The translations under genes and the position numbers were made by a program. DNA of 64,000 bases from Cytophagales bacterium (GTDB taxonomy: Bacteria > Bacteroidota > Bacteroidia > Cytophagales > Flammeovirgaceae), in assembly GCA_025056215.1 (NCBI GenBank), contig JANWWC010000007.1, positions 30,492-94,491 of the forward strand. The letters are read 5' to 3'. Numbering within the stretch: the first letter of the stretch is position 1; each line of letters opens with the position of its first letter. Below, piece after piece: positions 1 to 9,080 of this stretch. The notes below the pieces were generated by a model. The model was not told where the DNA came from and ran no database searches. It worked only from the letters and a program-made list of their open reading frames with translations.

Positions 1-29
1 AAAACGTGTCTTGTTAGGCACGTTTTTTT
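1..29 (+). terminator. Hairpin plus T-run, probable intrinsic terminator of a gene ending upstream of the window
   Basis: Bases 1-10 (aaaacgtgtc) pair with 17-26 (ggcacgtttt), with one G-U wobble and a 6-nt loop (ttgtta). The stem runs into a T-run that extends to base 29. Confidence 0.5.
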
Positions 30-74
30 AATAGATTGTTCTGTTATACTTCTAAAGTTTTAATCAAGTGTTCT

Positions 75-452
75 ATGAAGCAAGTGATTCAAACAACAGA
101 AGCTCCTCTTCCTATTGGTCCTTACAGTCAGGCTACAATGGTAGGAAATATGTTGTTTATATCAGGTCAAATCGCCTTGAACCCGCAAACGGGTGAAATG
201 GTACAAGCAGATATTGAAGAAGAAACGCATCGCGTTATGCAAAACATTGGTGCTATTCTTCAGAGAGCAGGCATGAGCTATGAAAACATAGTAAAAACAA
301 CAATTTTTGTGAAAAACTTAGAAAACTTCTCGCGTATTAATCAAGTATACGGTAGCTACTTCTCTTCTCATTTTCCTGCGCGTGAAACAGTAGAGGTAAG
401 CCGTTTGCCTAAGGACGCTCAGGTAGAAATTTCTTGCATAGCAGTTCGATAA
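75..452 (+). CDS. ridA: RidA/YjgF family reactive intermediate (enamine/imine) deaminase
   Basis: MKQVIQTTEAPLPIGPYSQA...FISGQIALNP...PARETVEVSRLPKDAQVEI is a typical RidA/YjgF sequence. I moved the start to the ATG at 75, giving about 125 aa as expected for the family. Confidence 0.9.
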   Translation: MKQVIQTTEAPLPIGPYSQATMVGNMLFISGQIALNPQTGEMVQADIEEETHRVMQNIGAILQRAGMSYENIVKTTIFVKNLENFSRINQVYGSYFSSHFPARETVEVSRLPKDAQVEISCIAVR

Positions 453-1643
453 TTAGAAGAAATCAGTTTCGATAGAAGGGTTTTCTTGCGAAAATCTTTG
501 AGCTTCTGTCTTATCTACTTTAGTATCTCGGAAATAGATGACTTGTAGGAGAGGCAGTTTGCTTATGGGAGCAATAGAATGAACGTTCGTTCCCGTACAG
601 ATGATGATTTTTAAACGTCTAAGCTTTGAAAGAGGAGTTAGATTTCCCACTTGGGTATTGGAAAAAGTAATTTCTGTTAAAAGTTTAGATTTTTGTAAAG
701 GAGATAAGTCTGAAATTTTGGTATCAGAAAGGTAGGCTATCTTGAGTTTTTTAGCGTGCCTGAGTGGTTCAACAGAGTTGACAAGAGTATTATTGATGTT
801 AAGATATTCCAAATTTTTTAAGTTCCTAAGAGCCTCTATACTTGTAATTTTTGTTTCGGCAGCTACTAATACGCGCAAACTTTTTATTTTAGCTAAAGGA
901 GTAAGATCTTTTACTTTTGTATTTGAGATTTTTAGCTCAGTAAGTTTAGAAAGGTTCTGGAGGGGAGTTAAATCTTCGAGGTTTGTATTTTCTAAAGCTA
1001 ATCGCTTCAAATTGGGAAAGGTAGCAAGAGCTTCATAGTTTTTGAGAGAAGTTTCATACAGGTCGAGAGATTCTAAATTAGAGAGCCCTTGAATTTCTTC
1101 TAAATTATCTATTTTTAATCCGTTGATAATTAGTTCTTTTAGATTTTTTAGTTTTTCTAATCCGCGCAGTGTTTTGATTTTAGTATAAGAACAATTTACT
1201 TTTTCTAATTTAGGTAAATCGGTTAAAGCATCTAAATTGTCGATAGCCGTATAAGAACAATCTATTTCTTTAAGGTTGATAAGCCCTTTGATAGGTTCTA
1301 AATCTTTGATGAGTCGTGTGTTGCCATTTTCATCGATACCAGAGCAATTTAGCTTTTCGAGCTTGTAAATTTTTTCGAGGTCTCCTTCTTGAAAAGTGCG
1401 TATTTCTTCTTCTGTCGTTTCTGTAGGTGCTTCTTCATCGAATACCAAAGGAGCTTCTGCCTGAGTTTCTTGAGTTGCTAAGAGCGTTGCTTTTTTAGCA
1501 TCTTCCTCTGCTTTGAGAGAAGCTAAAAAGCATTTTTGCCAATTTCTATCCAGACTATTCCACCAATCGTTCGTTAAAGGATTTTGAGAAAAAGACGAAA
1601 AGCAGAATAGAAAAGAAAATGCTAAAACCTGAAGAAGTTTCAT
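453..1643 (-). CDS. Secreted leucine-rich repeat (internalin-like 22-aa LRR) protein
   Basis: N-terminal signal peptide MKLLQVLAFSFLFCFSSFSQ. It is followed by 10 or more tandem 22-residue repeats of the form L..L..L.L..T.I.DL.PL. Confidence 0.85.
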   Translation of the reverse strand: MKLLQVLAFSFLFCFSSFSQNPLTNDWWNSLDRNWQKCFLASLKAEEDAKKATLLATQETQAEAPLVFDEEAPTETTEEEIRTFQEGDLEKIYKLEKLNCSGIDENGNTRLIKDLEPIKGLINLKEIDCSYTAIDNLDALTDLPKLEKVNCSYTKIKTLRGLEKLKNLKELIINGLKIDNLEEIQGLSNLESLDLYETSLKNYEALATFPNLKRLALENTNLEDLTPLQNLSKLTELKISNTKVKDLTPLAKIKSLRVLVAAETKITSIEALRNLKNLEYLNINNTLVNSVEPLRHAKKLKIAYLSDTKISDLSPLQKSKLLTEITFSNTQVGNLTPLSKLRRLKIIICTGTNVHSIAPISKLPLLQVIYFRDTKVDKTEAQRFSQENPSIETDFF

Positions 1644-1775
1644 GTAGTCCTTACCCTTTTTACAAAATAACGTAGAACACCATAAGTAAATTATATGAAT
1701 TGTATAAACTTGTTAGAAACTATCCAAAGATAAAAAGGAGAACGTGCATATTTTTGCAAATATGTTTAAAAAGTT

Positions 1776-2870
1776 ATGAGGTATTATTTAATTGCAGGAG
1801 AAAAATCGGGAGATTTGCATGCTGCTAATTTGATGTCAGAACTTAAAAAGTTGGACAAAGAGGCTCACTTTCGCGGCTGGGGCGGTGATAAGATGTGCAT
1901 GCAAGGTCTTGAATTAGTCCATCATTTTCGAGAAACTTCTTTTATGGGTTTTGCAGAAGTATTCCGAAACTTTTTTAAGATAAAAAAATTTTTAACAGAA
2001 TGCAAACGAGATATTTTACGTTATCAGCCTGATGTAGTGATATTGATAGACTACGCCGGTTTTAATCTGCGAATTGCTCGGTTTGCTAAAAAAGCAGGAT
2101 TTCGCGTGTTTTATTACATTTCTCCGAAAATTTGGGCTTGGAATACGAGTCGAGCTTATCGCATTAAAAAAGATGTAGATAAGATGTTTGTAATTATGCA
2201 TTTTGAAGAGTCCTTTTACGAGCAATTTGGTATCAAAGTGGATTATGTTGGCAATCCTTTATTTGATGCCATCCGGCAATACCGTCCCAATCCTAATTTC
2301 ATACAAGAAAATGGCTTAGACAATCGTCCTATTATTGCTCTTTTGCCTGGAAGTCGCGTGCAAGAAGTTCAGCGAATGCTTCCCGTCATGGTGGAGGTTG
2401 CTCAAGATTTTCCTGATTATCAGTTTGTAGTAGCAGGGGTGAGAGAGATTTCTGCCGATTTGTACGCTTACAAGAATGTTAAAGTAATTTTCGATCAAAC
2501 CTACGATTTGCTTGCACATGCGCGTGCCGCAATCGTAACTTCTGGGACAGCTACCCTTGAGACAGCACTTTTTGAAGTTCCACAAGTAGTGTGCTATAAG
2601 ATGAACTTTTTAACACTAATAGTTGGTTGGTTGGTATTAAAAACAAAATATATTTCGTTAGTGAATCTGATTGCTAATAAGGAAGTAGTTAAGGAACTTT
2701 TGCAATGGCACGCTAATCGGAAAAATATTTGTGCAGAACTAAAAGCTATTCTAACAGAAAAGCGACACTTCATTTTGGAGGATTACAAGCTTATCAAAGC
2801 TCAGATAGCTATTAAGGAAAGCGCCTCTGAGCGTGCTGCTAAGCTTATGTGGAAATATTTACACGAGTAA
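1776..2870 (+). CDS. lpxB: Lipid-A-disaccharide synthase
   Basis: N-terminus YYLIAGEKSGDLHAANLM and the ...LLPGSR..EV..., TSGTATLE and PQVVCYK blocks match the LpxB (GT19) family. The length of 364 aa is typical. Confidence 0.9.
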   Translation: MRYYLIAGEKSGDLHAANLMSELKKLDKEAHFRGWGGDKMCMQGLELVHHFRETSFMGFAEVFRNFFKIKKFLTECKRDILRYQPDVVILIDYAGFNLRIARFAKKAGFRVFYYISPKIWAWNTSRAYRIKKDVDKMFVIMHFEESFYEQFGIKVDYVGNPLFDAIRQYRPNPNFIQENGLDNRPIIALLPGSRVQEVQRMLPVMVEVAQDFPDYQFVVAGVREISADLYAYKNVKVIFDQTYDLLAHARAAIVTSGTATLETALFEVPQVVCYKMNFLTLIVGWLVLKTKYISLVNLIANKEVVKELLQWHANRKNICAELKAILTEKRHFILEDYKLIKAQIAIKESASERAAKLMWKYLHE

Positions 2871-2914
2871 AAAAATAGGCTACCCAAAAGGTGAGCCTCC
2901 TCTATTTTGTAGGC

Positions 2915-3370
2915 TTATTGCCTAGGTCTTCTAAAAATATATCTTGTAATAAAGATTCCTTTTCCATCATCTTTTCCAGAATCGCTTTCTACGCCACTAG
3001 CCACGAAAGCCAACTCCCAACCTTCATCAATCATGTTGTTGATTTTAGAAGAAATGATGGCGTCGTTTGCAGCAATATTCGAAAAATTAATACCTGTAGC
3101 AGAATAAAAGTTGAGAAGCATGGTTTCATCGAAAGTTTTCATTTTAGCGTCGGAACGTTCTACATCGTCGTCCTTGTCTTTAACGCCTTCTACACGTGAT
3201 GTAGTAAGCGCTTTTGCATCTTTTTTGTCTTTGTGATGAATAATTCGAGAGCGCCCTACTCCCATCGGAACAATAGATTCTACCGAAGTAATGACTGCAT
3301 ACTCATACTTTTGAGCAAGTGTAAAAGAGCTTAATAAAGCCCAAAGTGCACTAAAAACAAACTTTCTCAT
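2915..3370 (-). CDS. Hypothetical secreted protein
   Basis: Clean 151-aa ORF with signal peptide MRKFVFSALWALLSSFTLAQ and a Lys/Asp-rich central stretch. I do not recognise a family. Confidence 0.6.
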   Translation of the reverse strand: MRKFVFSALWALLSSFTLAQKYEYAVITSVESIVPMGVGRSRIIHHKDKKDAKALTTSRVEGVKDKDDDVERSDAKMKTFDETMLLNFYSATGINFSNIAANDAIISSKINNMIDEGWELAFVASGVESDSGKDDGKGIFITRYIFRRPRQ

Positions 3371-3514
3371 AAAAATATAATTTTTGATTCCACCATAACA
3401 AAAGTCAAAAATTCGCTCGTATTTTTCTACTCATAATGCGAGGATTTGTAAAAAATTAACATATTCCTAATGAAATGTTTAATTAAAGAATGATAGTTGA
3501 GAGAAACGTAGATT

Positions 3515-5071
3515 TCATATTTTTTGGGCAATAGCCTCTGCACATCGTTCGCCATCCATGGCAGCTGATGCAATTCCGCCAGCATAACCTGCTCCTTCTC
3601 CGCAAGGGAAAAGCCTTTCGATGTGAGGGTGTTCGAGTGTATGAGGGTCACGAGGGATCCTAATAGGAGAGGAGGTTCTACTTTCGACCCCCACTAAAAT
3701 AGCTTCATTGGTGAGAAACCCTTTTAGTTTTTTGCCAAATTGTTTGAGTCCGATGCGCAGCCGTTGATAAATTTGAGGAGGTAAGCATTCAGTAAGTTGA
3801 ACTGATTTCAATCCAGGTTGGTACGAACAAGTAGGCAAAGTAGTAGAAAGTTTACCTTCTATAAAGTCTACAAGGCGTTGAGCAGGAGCAGTTTGCGTAT
3901 TTCCCGCAATTTGACAGGCAAGCCGTTCGATTTGCTGTTGAAATCTTAAAGAAGCAAATGCTCCGTATTTTTGAAAAGCTAAGAGTTCATCGTTTTCTAC
4001 TGCTACAACGATACCAGAGTTTGCAAATCGAGAGTCACGTCGCGAAGGAGACATGCCGTTTACTACTATTTCGCCAGGTTGTGTAGCAGCTGGCACAATA
4101 AATCCTCCAGGACACATGCAAAACGAAAATACTCCTCTTACAATATTTCGATAAGCAACTTGGCTCACTAAGCTATAGGAAGCAGCAGGCAAATACTGAT
4201 AACCCTCTGCTCCATGATACTGTGCTTGATTAATAATTTCTTGTGGATGCTCTACTCGTACTCCCAATGCAAATGGCTTGCTTTCGATATAAATTTTACG
4301 CTTTTGGAGAAGCTCAAATATGTCGCGCGCTGAATGCCCTGTAGCTAATAAAACAGCCTCTCCTTCCCATTGAGTGTCGTTTGCAATGACTCCTTTAATT
4401 CGATTATTTTGTAATATAAAATCTGTTACGCGTGTTTCAAAATGAATTTCTCCTCCAGCTTGTAAAATGCTTTCTCGCATTTCTGCAATAATTTTAGGAA
4501 GTTTATTTGTGCCGATATGAGGGTGTGACTCTGCTAAAATAAGAGGAGATGCGCCGTGTGCCACAAAGATTTCGAGAATACGCCGAAAGTTTCCCCGTTT
4601 TTTAGAGCGAGTGTAGAGTTTTCCGTCTGAATAAGTTCCTGCACCTCCTTCCCCGAAACAGTAGTTTGAGTCTGGATTTACGATGTGTTCTTTGTTAATG
4701 GCGGCAATATCTCTTCGTCGGCTGCGCACGTCTTTCCCTCTCTCCAAGATGATAGGTTTAAATCCTAATTCGATAAGGCGAAGTGCTGCAAACATTCCTG
4801 CAGGTCCACATCCTACGATGATGACTCTTTTAGCATGAGTAACGTTTGGATATTTTTTTGAATAGCTGATGAGGGGAGCAGGTATTTCATCAATATAACA
4901 AATACCTCGAATATTGATTTTAATTTGTCGGTTGCGCGCGTCAATAGAGCGATGAAGAATTTGAAAATTAAAAGGTTGAGTAAGCCGCTCCTTGCGGGCG
5001 ATTTCAGCGTACAGCAAATCTTCTTGAAATCCTATAGCAGGAGGTACTACTAATTCAATCAGTTTGCGCAT
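3515..5071 (-). CDS. NAD(P)/FAD-dependent oxidoreductase (COG2509-like uncharacterised FAD protein)
   Basis: Dinucleotide-binding motif VIIVGCGPAGMFAALRL followed by ILERGK. C-terminal block FPCGEGAGYAGGI is typical of this flavoprotein family. Confidence 0.8.
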   Translation of the reverse strand: MRKLIELVVPPAIGFQEDLLYAEIARKERLTQPFNFQILHRSIDARNRQIKINIRGICYIDEIPAPLISYSKKYPNVTHAKRVIIVGCGPAGMFAALRLIELGFKPIILERGKDVRSRRRDIAAINKEHIVNPDSNYCFGEGGAGTYSDGKLYTRSKKRGNFRRILEIFVAHGASPLILAESHPHIGTNKLPKIIAEMRESILQAGGEIHFETRVTDFILQNNRIKGVIANDTQWEGEAVLLATGHSARDIFELLQKRKIYIESKPFALGVRVEHPQEIINQAQYHGAEGYQYLPAASYSLVSQVAYRNIVRGVFSFCMCPGGFIVPAATQPGEIVVNGMSPSRRDSRFANSGIVVAVENDELLAFQKYGAFASLRFQQQIERLACQIAGNTQTAPAQRLVDFIEGKLSTTLPTCSYQPGLKSVQLTECLPPQIYQRLRIGLKQFGKKLKGFLTNEAILVGVESRTSSPIRIPRDPHTLEHPHIERLFPCGEGAGYAGGIASAAMDGERCAEAIAQKI

Positions 5072-5125
5072 GAGCGAAGCACCATTATTGGATTGCTTAA
5101 AGCGTACTTCTTAGAAAGCCTAAAA

Positions 5126-7297
5126 TTACTTAGTAGTTACTGCTTTCATAGTAGGGCGCATTGGTTTTACTTTTTCTGTCGAAGATTTAGGATTTTCTTG
5201 ATGAGTTTTGCGATATTCATGTAAATCCTTTAGGAAGTTTTTAGCGTCTTTAATATAGGTTTCAGCAAATTCGCGCGTTGGTTCAAATTTATTGATGCGT
5301 AGCACATAATCTTCGAAAGTATTTCCGTCAAAAGAGAAAATTCCTTCTTTTGTGAAGTGCGTGTCAAAATCTCGCAATACGCCGATGTGAGTATTTACGC
5401 GCACATCTTTGGTAAGTAGCATTGCTTTAGCTCCTTGAATAAAGATGTTGTAAGCGTGGTAAATTGCATCGGCATAACTTCCTGCTTCAAAATTTTCATC
5501 TGCCCAAGCTACTTTTTCTTCAGTTTCGTACAGCAAGGTTGCTACTAAGTCAATTACCACTCCCGCACATTCTCCGACGGCTTTTAGGAGTTCAAATTTG
5601 GTATCTTGTCCCCAGTCGAGATAGTCAGATTCTTGCAAAGTATTGAGATCTGTTAAAGGCTTGAGGAGTTCATAAAAATACATTTCACCTTTGCGAAGAT
5701 AATAGTCGGAGTAATACTCTCCTTCTAAAGCGTTTTCTTCGTAATCGTCAAGGAGCCATCTTAAAGCCGTATCAGCTCGTTTGCTTGGAATTTTGATTAC
5801 TTTTTCGGCAATTCTTCCTTCTCCATTTCCTAAGCGAGCTCCTCCTAAAAGAATTTGGACAGCGGGAAGTACTCTGTCTCCGTGTTTAATAGAACTTCCA
5901 TGGAATCCTATTTGTGCTAATCCGTGTTGTCCGCATGAATTAGGGCAACCACTAATTTTGATTTTAATATCGTTGTTGTAAATCAAGTCGGGGTATTCGT
6001 TTCGAATAACATTTTCTAAGGCGACTGCTACGCCTGTACTGCTAGAAATTCCCAAAGCGCAAGAGTCTGTTCCTGGGCAGGCTGTAATGTCCGCCACGCT
6101 ATCAAAGCCAGGTTCTGCAAGACCTACTTCGTTAAGAGCATTGAAGAGCGCAGGAAGCGCATCGGGTCGAACATATTTGAGCAAATAGCCTTGATTGATA
6201 GTAATTCTGATATCGTCAGCAGCAAACTTTTCGGCGATGTCGGCGAATTTTCGGGCTAAGGGCACTTTCATATCGCCAAGTGTGAGTTTGATATAAACTC
6301 CGTAGAATCCTTTTTGTTTTTGTTCGAATACGTTAGTTTTCAGCCATTTATCGTATTTGATAGCATCTTTAGGCTCTTCTTGCTCCCATGTAACAGGAGG
6401 AAGTTTTATTTCAGGAACAGTTCTATCGATTTTATAAACTTTATGTTTTAACGCTGGTCTTTCTTGTTCTATTAGTCGCACTAGTTCATCCATTCCGATT
6501 TCTTCGAGTAAAAATTTGAACCGTGCTTTCATGCGGCGCTGTCGTTCTCCGTATCGATCGAAGATGCGCAGAATAGATTCGATATAAGGAATGATTAAAT
6601 CTTCATGGAGAAATTCGAAGGCAGTTTTTGCTAAATAAGGATTTGCGCCTAATCCTCCTCCGATGAGTACTTTGAACCCTCTGATTTCTTCCCCATTTTC
6701 TATTTTAATTTTGGGGATAAATCCGATATCGTGAATGAAAGTAAAAGCAGTATCTTTTTCAGAGGAAGAGAAAGCGATTTTAAATTTTCTGCCCATATCT
6801 TGGCATATGGGATTTCGCAAAAAGTACTCGAAAACAGCATGGGCATAAGGAGAAACGTCAAAAGGCTCATGGGGGTCGATGCCCGCCTCTGCAGAAGCAG
6901 TAATATTGCGGACTGTATTACCGCATGCTTCGCGCGTGGTGATGCTATCTTGTTCTAATTTTGCCCACAATTCGGGTGTGTGTTCTAGTTTTACGTAATG
7001 GATTTGTATATCTTGGCGCGTAGTAGCATGTAAGTTTCCGCTTGCGTATTGTTCTGAGATATCTGCAATTCTTCGAATTTGTTTAGGTGTAATTCTGCCG
7101 TAAGGCAATTTAATGCGCACCATTTGTACGCCTGGCTGTCGCTGTCCGTAAATGCCGCGCACCAAACGCAGACTTCTAAATTTTTCATCATCGATTTTCC
7201 CTTCACGGTACAATCGAATTTGGCGCTCTAAGTCGATAATATCTTTTGCTACTACAGGGTTGAGCATGTCTTCTAATTCGGTGCGAAAACTTAGCAT
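5126..7297 (-). CDS. Sulfite/nitrite reductase hemoprotein (siroheme/4Fe-4S) with extra C-terminal helical domain
   Basis: Duplicated NIR_SIR architecture. Canonical cluster/siroheme cysteines are present: TACPGTDSCALG and SGCPNSCGQH. About 150 additional C-terminal residues follow the catalytic core. Confidence 0.85.
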   Translation of the reverse strand: MLSFRTELEDMLNPVVAKDIIDLERQIRLYREGKIDDEKFRSLRLVRGIYGQRQPGVQMVRIKLPYGRITPKQIRRIADISEQYASGNLHATTRQDIQIHYVKLEHTPELWAKLEQDSITTREACGNTVRNITASAEAGIDPHEPFDVSPYAHAVFEYFLRNPICQDMGRKFKIAFSSSEKDTAFTFIHDIGFIPKIKIENGEEIRGFKVLIGGGLGANPYLAKTAFEFLHEDLIIPYIESILRIFDRYGERQRRMKARFKFLLEEIGMDELVRLIEQERPALKHKVYKIDRTVPEIKLPPVTWEQEEPKDAIKYDKWLKTNVFEQKQKGFYGVYIKLTLGDMKVPLARKFADIAEKFAADDIRITINQGYLLKYVRPDALPALFNALNEVGLAEPGFDSVADITACPGTDSCALGISSSTGVAVALENVIRNEYPDLIYNNDIKIKISGCPNSCGQHGLAQIGFHGSSIKHGDRVLPAVQILLGGARLGNGEGRIAEKVIKIPSKRADTALRWLLDDYEENALEGEYYSDYYLRKGEMYFYELLKPLTDLNTLQESDYLDWGQDTKFELLKAVGECAGVVIDLVATLLYETEEKVAWADENFEAGSYADAIYHAYNIFIQGAKAMLLTKDVRVNTHIGVLRDFDTHFTKEGIFSFDGNTFEDYVLRINKFEPTREFAETYIKDAKNFLKDLHEYRKTHQENPKSSTEKVKPMRPTMKAVTTK

Positions 7298-7362
7298 GGC
7301 TTTAAAAGGAGTTTAAAATTATTAGCAAAGTTAACAAAAAAATACAACAGATTTTGGATTAC

Positions 7363-7379
7363 TCTATCATTTTGATAGA
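7363..7379. promoter_or_regulatory. Perfect 7-3-7 palindrome (tctatca ttt tgataga), candidate operator upstream of the reductase gene
   Basis: Read directly from the sequence. It lies 66-82 nt upstream of the ATG at 7297 (minus strand). Confidence 0.25.
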
Positions 7380-7518
7380 TAATAAAAAGCTCCAGCATAA
7401 GAAATGCTTATGTAAAAGCCGTGCGAGATTGTGATTGATAGAGAATTTCAAAGCGATGTAAAAGATTGGCTTTGGGTCTTTACTTACTAAGATGGTAGAT
7501 TTTACATCAGAGAGAATT

Positions 7519-8523
7519 TTATGGATTTACAAATTCGCTCACGACGTTTTCAAAGAGAAATCTCACTTCGTCAAGAGTCTTTCCTTCTACTTTTCCGCCC
7601 GCAGCGTTTTTATGTCCGCCTCCATTAAAATATTTAGCCGAAAGGTTTCGTACGTTGATATCTCCTATAGAGCGCAACGAAATTTTGATGCTTCCATCTT
7701 TATCTTCTTTAAAGAGAGCAGCTACAGAAACTCCTTTAATTGAAAGCGCATAGTTAACTAGCCCTTCTGTATCACCTACTTGCGTATGGAAATCTAAGAG
7801 TTCTTGTCGGGTAATATAAAAATAAGCATATTGCTTAGGAACATTTACGACTAGTTTGGTGTGGAGAGCGTATCCCAAGAATTTGAGTTTTTCTAATGAA
7901 TTATTGTCAAAGATATTTCGATGTATTTTTTCCGTATTTACTCCTTTTTCTATTAGGTTAGCTACAATTCGATGGATTTTACTAGTGGTAGTGGCGTATT
8001 TGAAAGAGCCTGTGTCGGTCATGATGCCTGCATACAGACACTCTCCGATAGAAGTATCGATAAGGTGTTCATCTCTCAGAGCAATAATTAAGTCGTAGAT
8101 GATTTCACAAGTAGCAGCGGCTTCCACATACCAAAATTCGAAGTCGAAGTTATCTTCTTTGCCGATATGATGGTCGGCTACCATTTTTTTGCAGGTGAGT
8201 GCACTTACTAATTTGCTGAGTTGTTCCATGCGATTGATTCCGTTAAAGTCTAAGAAGCATAGCAATTCAGCTTGTTGAAGCGTTTCTACAATAAGAGTTT
8301 GAGGGTGAAATTCTAAATCTAATACGGAATCAGCTTGTGGCATCCACTTCAAGAAAGCCGGGTACTCAGAAGGAGAAATAACAGTGGCGATGTGTCCTTT
8401 TTTTTGCAGATAAATTTTCCAAGCTAAGCAAGAGCCCAATGCGTCAGCATCGGGCTTTACGTGCGGAATAATCACTACTTTGCGCGGAATTTGTAGATAT
8501 TGTTGGAGTGCTTGAACTTCCAT
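7519..8523 (-). CDS. DHH/DHHA1 family phosphoesterase (NrnA-like oligoribonuclease / pAp phosphatase)
   Basis: Motifs HVKPDADALGS, MVADHHIG (DHH) and the DHHA1 motif GGGHKNAAGG. Confidence 0.85.
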   Translation of the reverse strand: MEVQALQQYLQIPRKVVIIPHVKPDADALGSCLAWKIYLQKKGHIATVISPSEYPAFLKWMPQADSVLDLEFHPQTLIVETLQQAELLCFLDFNGINRMEQLSKLVSALTCKKMVADHHIGKEDNFDFEFWYVEAAATCEIIYDLIIALRDEHLIDTSIGECLYAGIMTDTGSFKYATTTSKIHRIVANLIEKGVNTEKIHRNIFDNNSLEKLKFLGYALHTKLVVNVPKQYAYFYITRQELLDFHTQVGDTEGLVNYALSIKGVSVAALFKEDKDGSIKISLRSIGDINVRNLSAKYFNGGGHKNAAGGKVEGKTLDEVRFLFENVVSEFVNP

Positions 8524-8525
8524 TT

Positions 8526-9080
8526 TTATTCATCTTTGTCATCTTGATGTTCTACTTCATAAACGCTTCTGAGTTCAAAAAAGGCAAATGACTCGCGATA
8601 AGATTTAAACAGGCGTCGCTCGATTTCAGAATAATGTCGCGCTAAATTCGTCATAATTTTGGCGCTGAGAAAACTATTTGCATTAAAAATCTCTTGAATA
8701 TTTTCAGTAGGTAGCATATACAGAAGGCAAGATTCGGAACTGCAAATTGCGTTGTAGCTTCTGAAGGTATTTGGCAAAAGAGCGCTATCTCCAAACGAAT
8801 CATAAGGGCGCAATTTACAAATCGGTTCAAAAGAGTCTTCTAGGTCGATGCTGAGGGTGATGCGCCCTTTTCTGACGAAATAAACTCCTTGAGCTGGGTC
8901 TCCTCGAAAGAAAACAACTTCATTTTTTGCATATTTTCTTTCATAAAGGTAGGGAATGAATTCTATAATTTCTCTTTCGGAAAGGGTAGAAAACAAATGG
9001 TTTCGCTTCAAGAAATGCACCATGCGCAATTCCTGCACTGTGTAAGATTTCTTAAAGGGATTCCATTTCATGATTTTCAT
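8526..9080 (-). CDS. Stand-alone cyclic nucleotide-binding (CAP effector-type) domain protein, no HTH
   Basis: cNMP-binding beta-roll pattern: F..L.. then RKYAKNEVVFFRGDPAQGVYFVRKGRI...FGDSALL...FRSYNA. At 184 aa it ends without a recognisable DNA-binding domain. Confidence 0.75.
   Translation of the reverse strand: MKIMKWNPFKKSYTVQELRMVHFLKRNHLFSTLSEREIIEFIPYLYERKYAKNEVVFFRGDPAQGVYFVRKGRITLSIDLEDSFEPICKLRPYDSFGDSALLPNTFRSYNAICSSESCLLYMLPTENIQEIFNANSFLSAKIMTNLARHYSEIERRLFKSYRESFAFFELRSVYEVEHQDDKDE

Noticed and set aside
742-1038. Long antisense or alternative-frame ORFs listed in the track. Examples: 742-1038, 2016-2225, 5464-5646, 13734-14144, 14391-14750, 16672-17031, 26053-26442, 26118-26489, 27777-28220, 34207-34593, 35097-35516, 61151-61624, 62824-63186.
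   Set aside because: Each lies wholly inside a longer ORF that has clear family motifs on the other strand or frame. Their translations are low-complexity or Ser/Phe/Leu-rich shadows with no recognisable domains.
453-1380. Periodic ~66-bp repetition that might be mistaken for a CRISPR-like or satellite array.
   Set aside because: The periodicity is the coding image of 22-aa leucine-rich repeats. The units are diverged, contiguous and in frame, with no spacer structure.
3427-3651. 74-aa ORF overlapping the 3' end of the FAD oxidoreductase gene and extending into the gap.
   Set aside because: It overlaps the strongly supported 518-aa gene in another frame and has no recognisable features.
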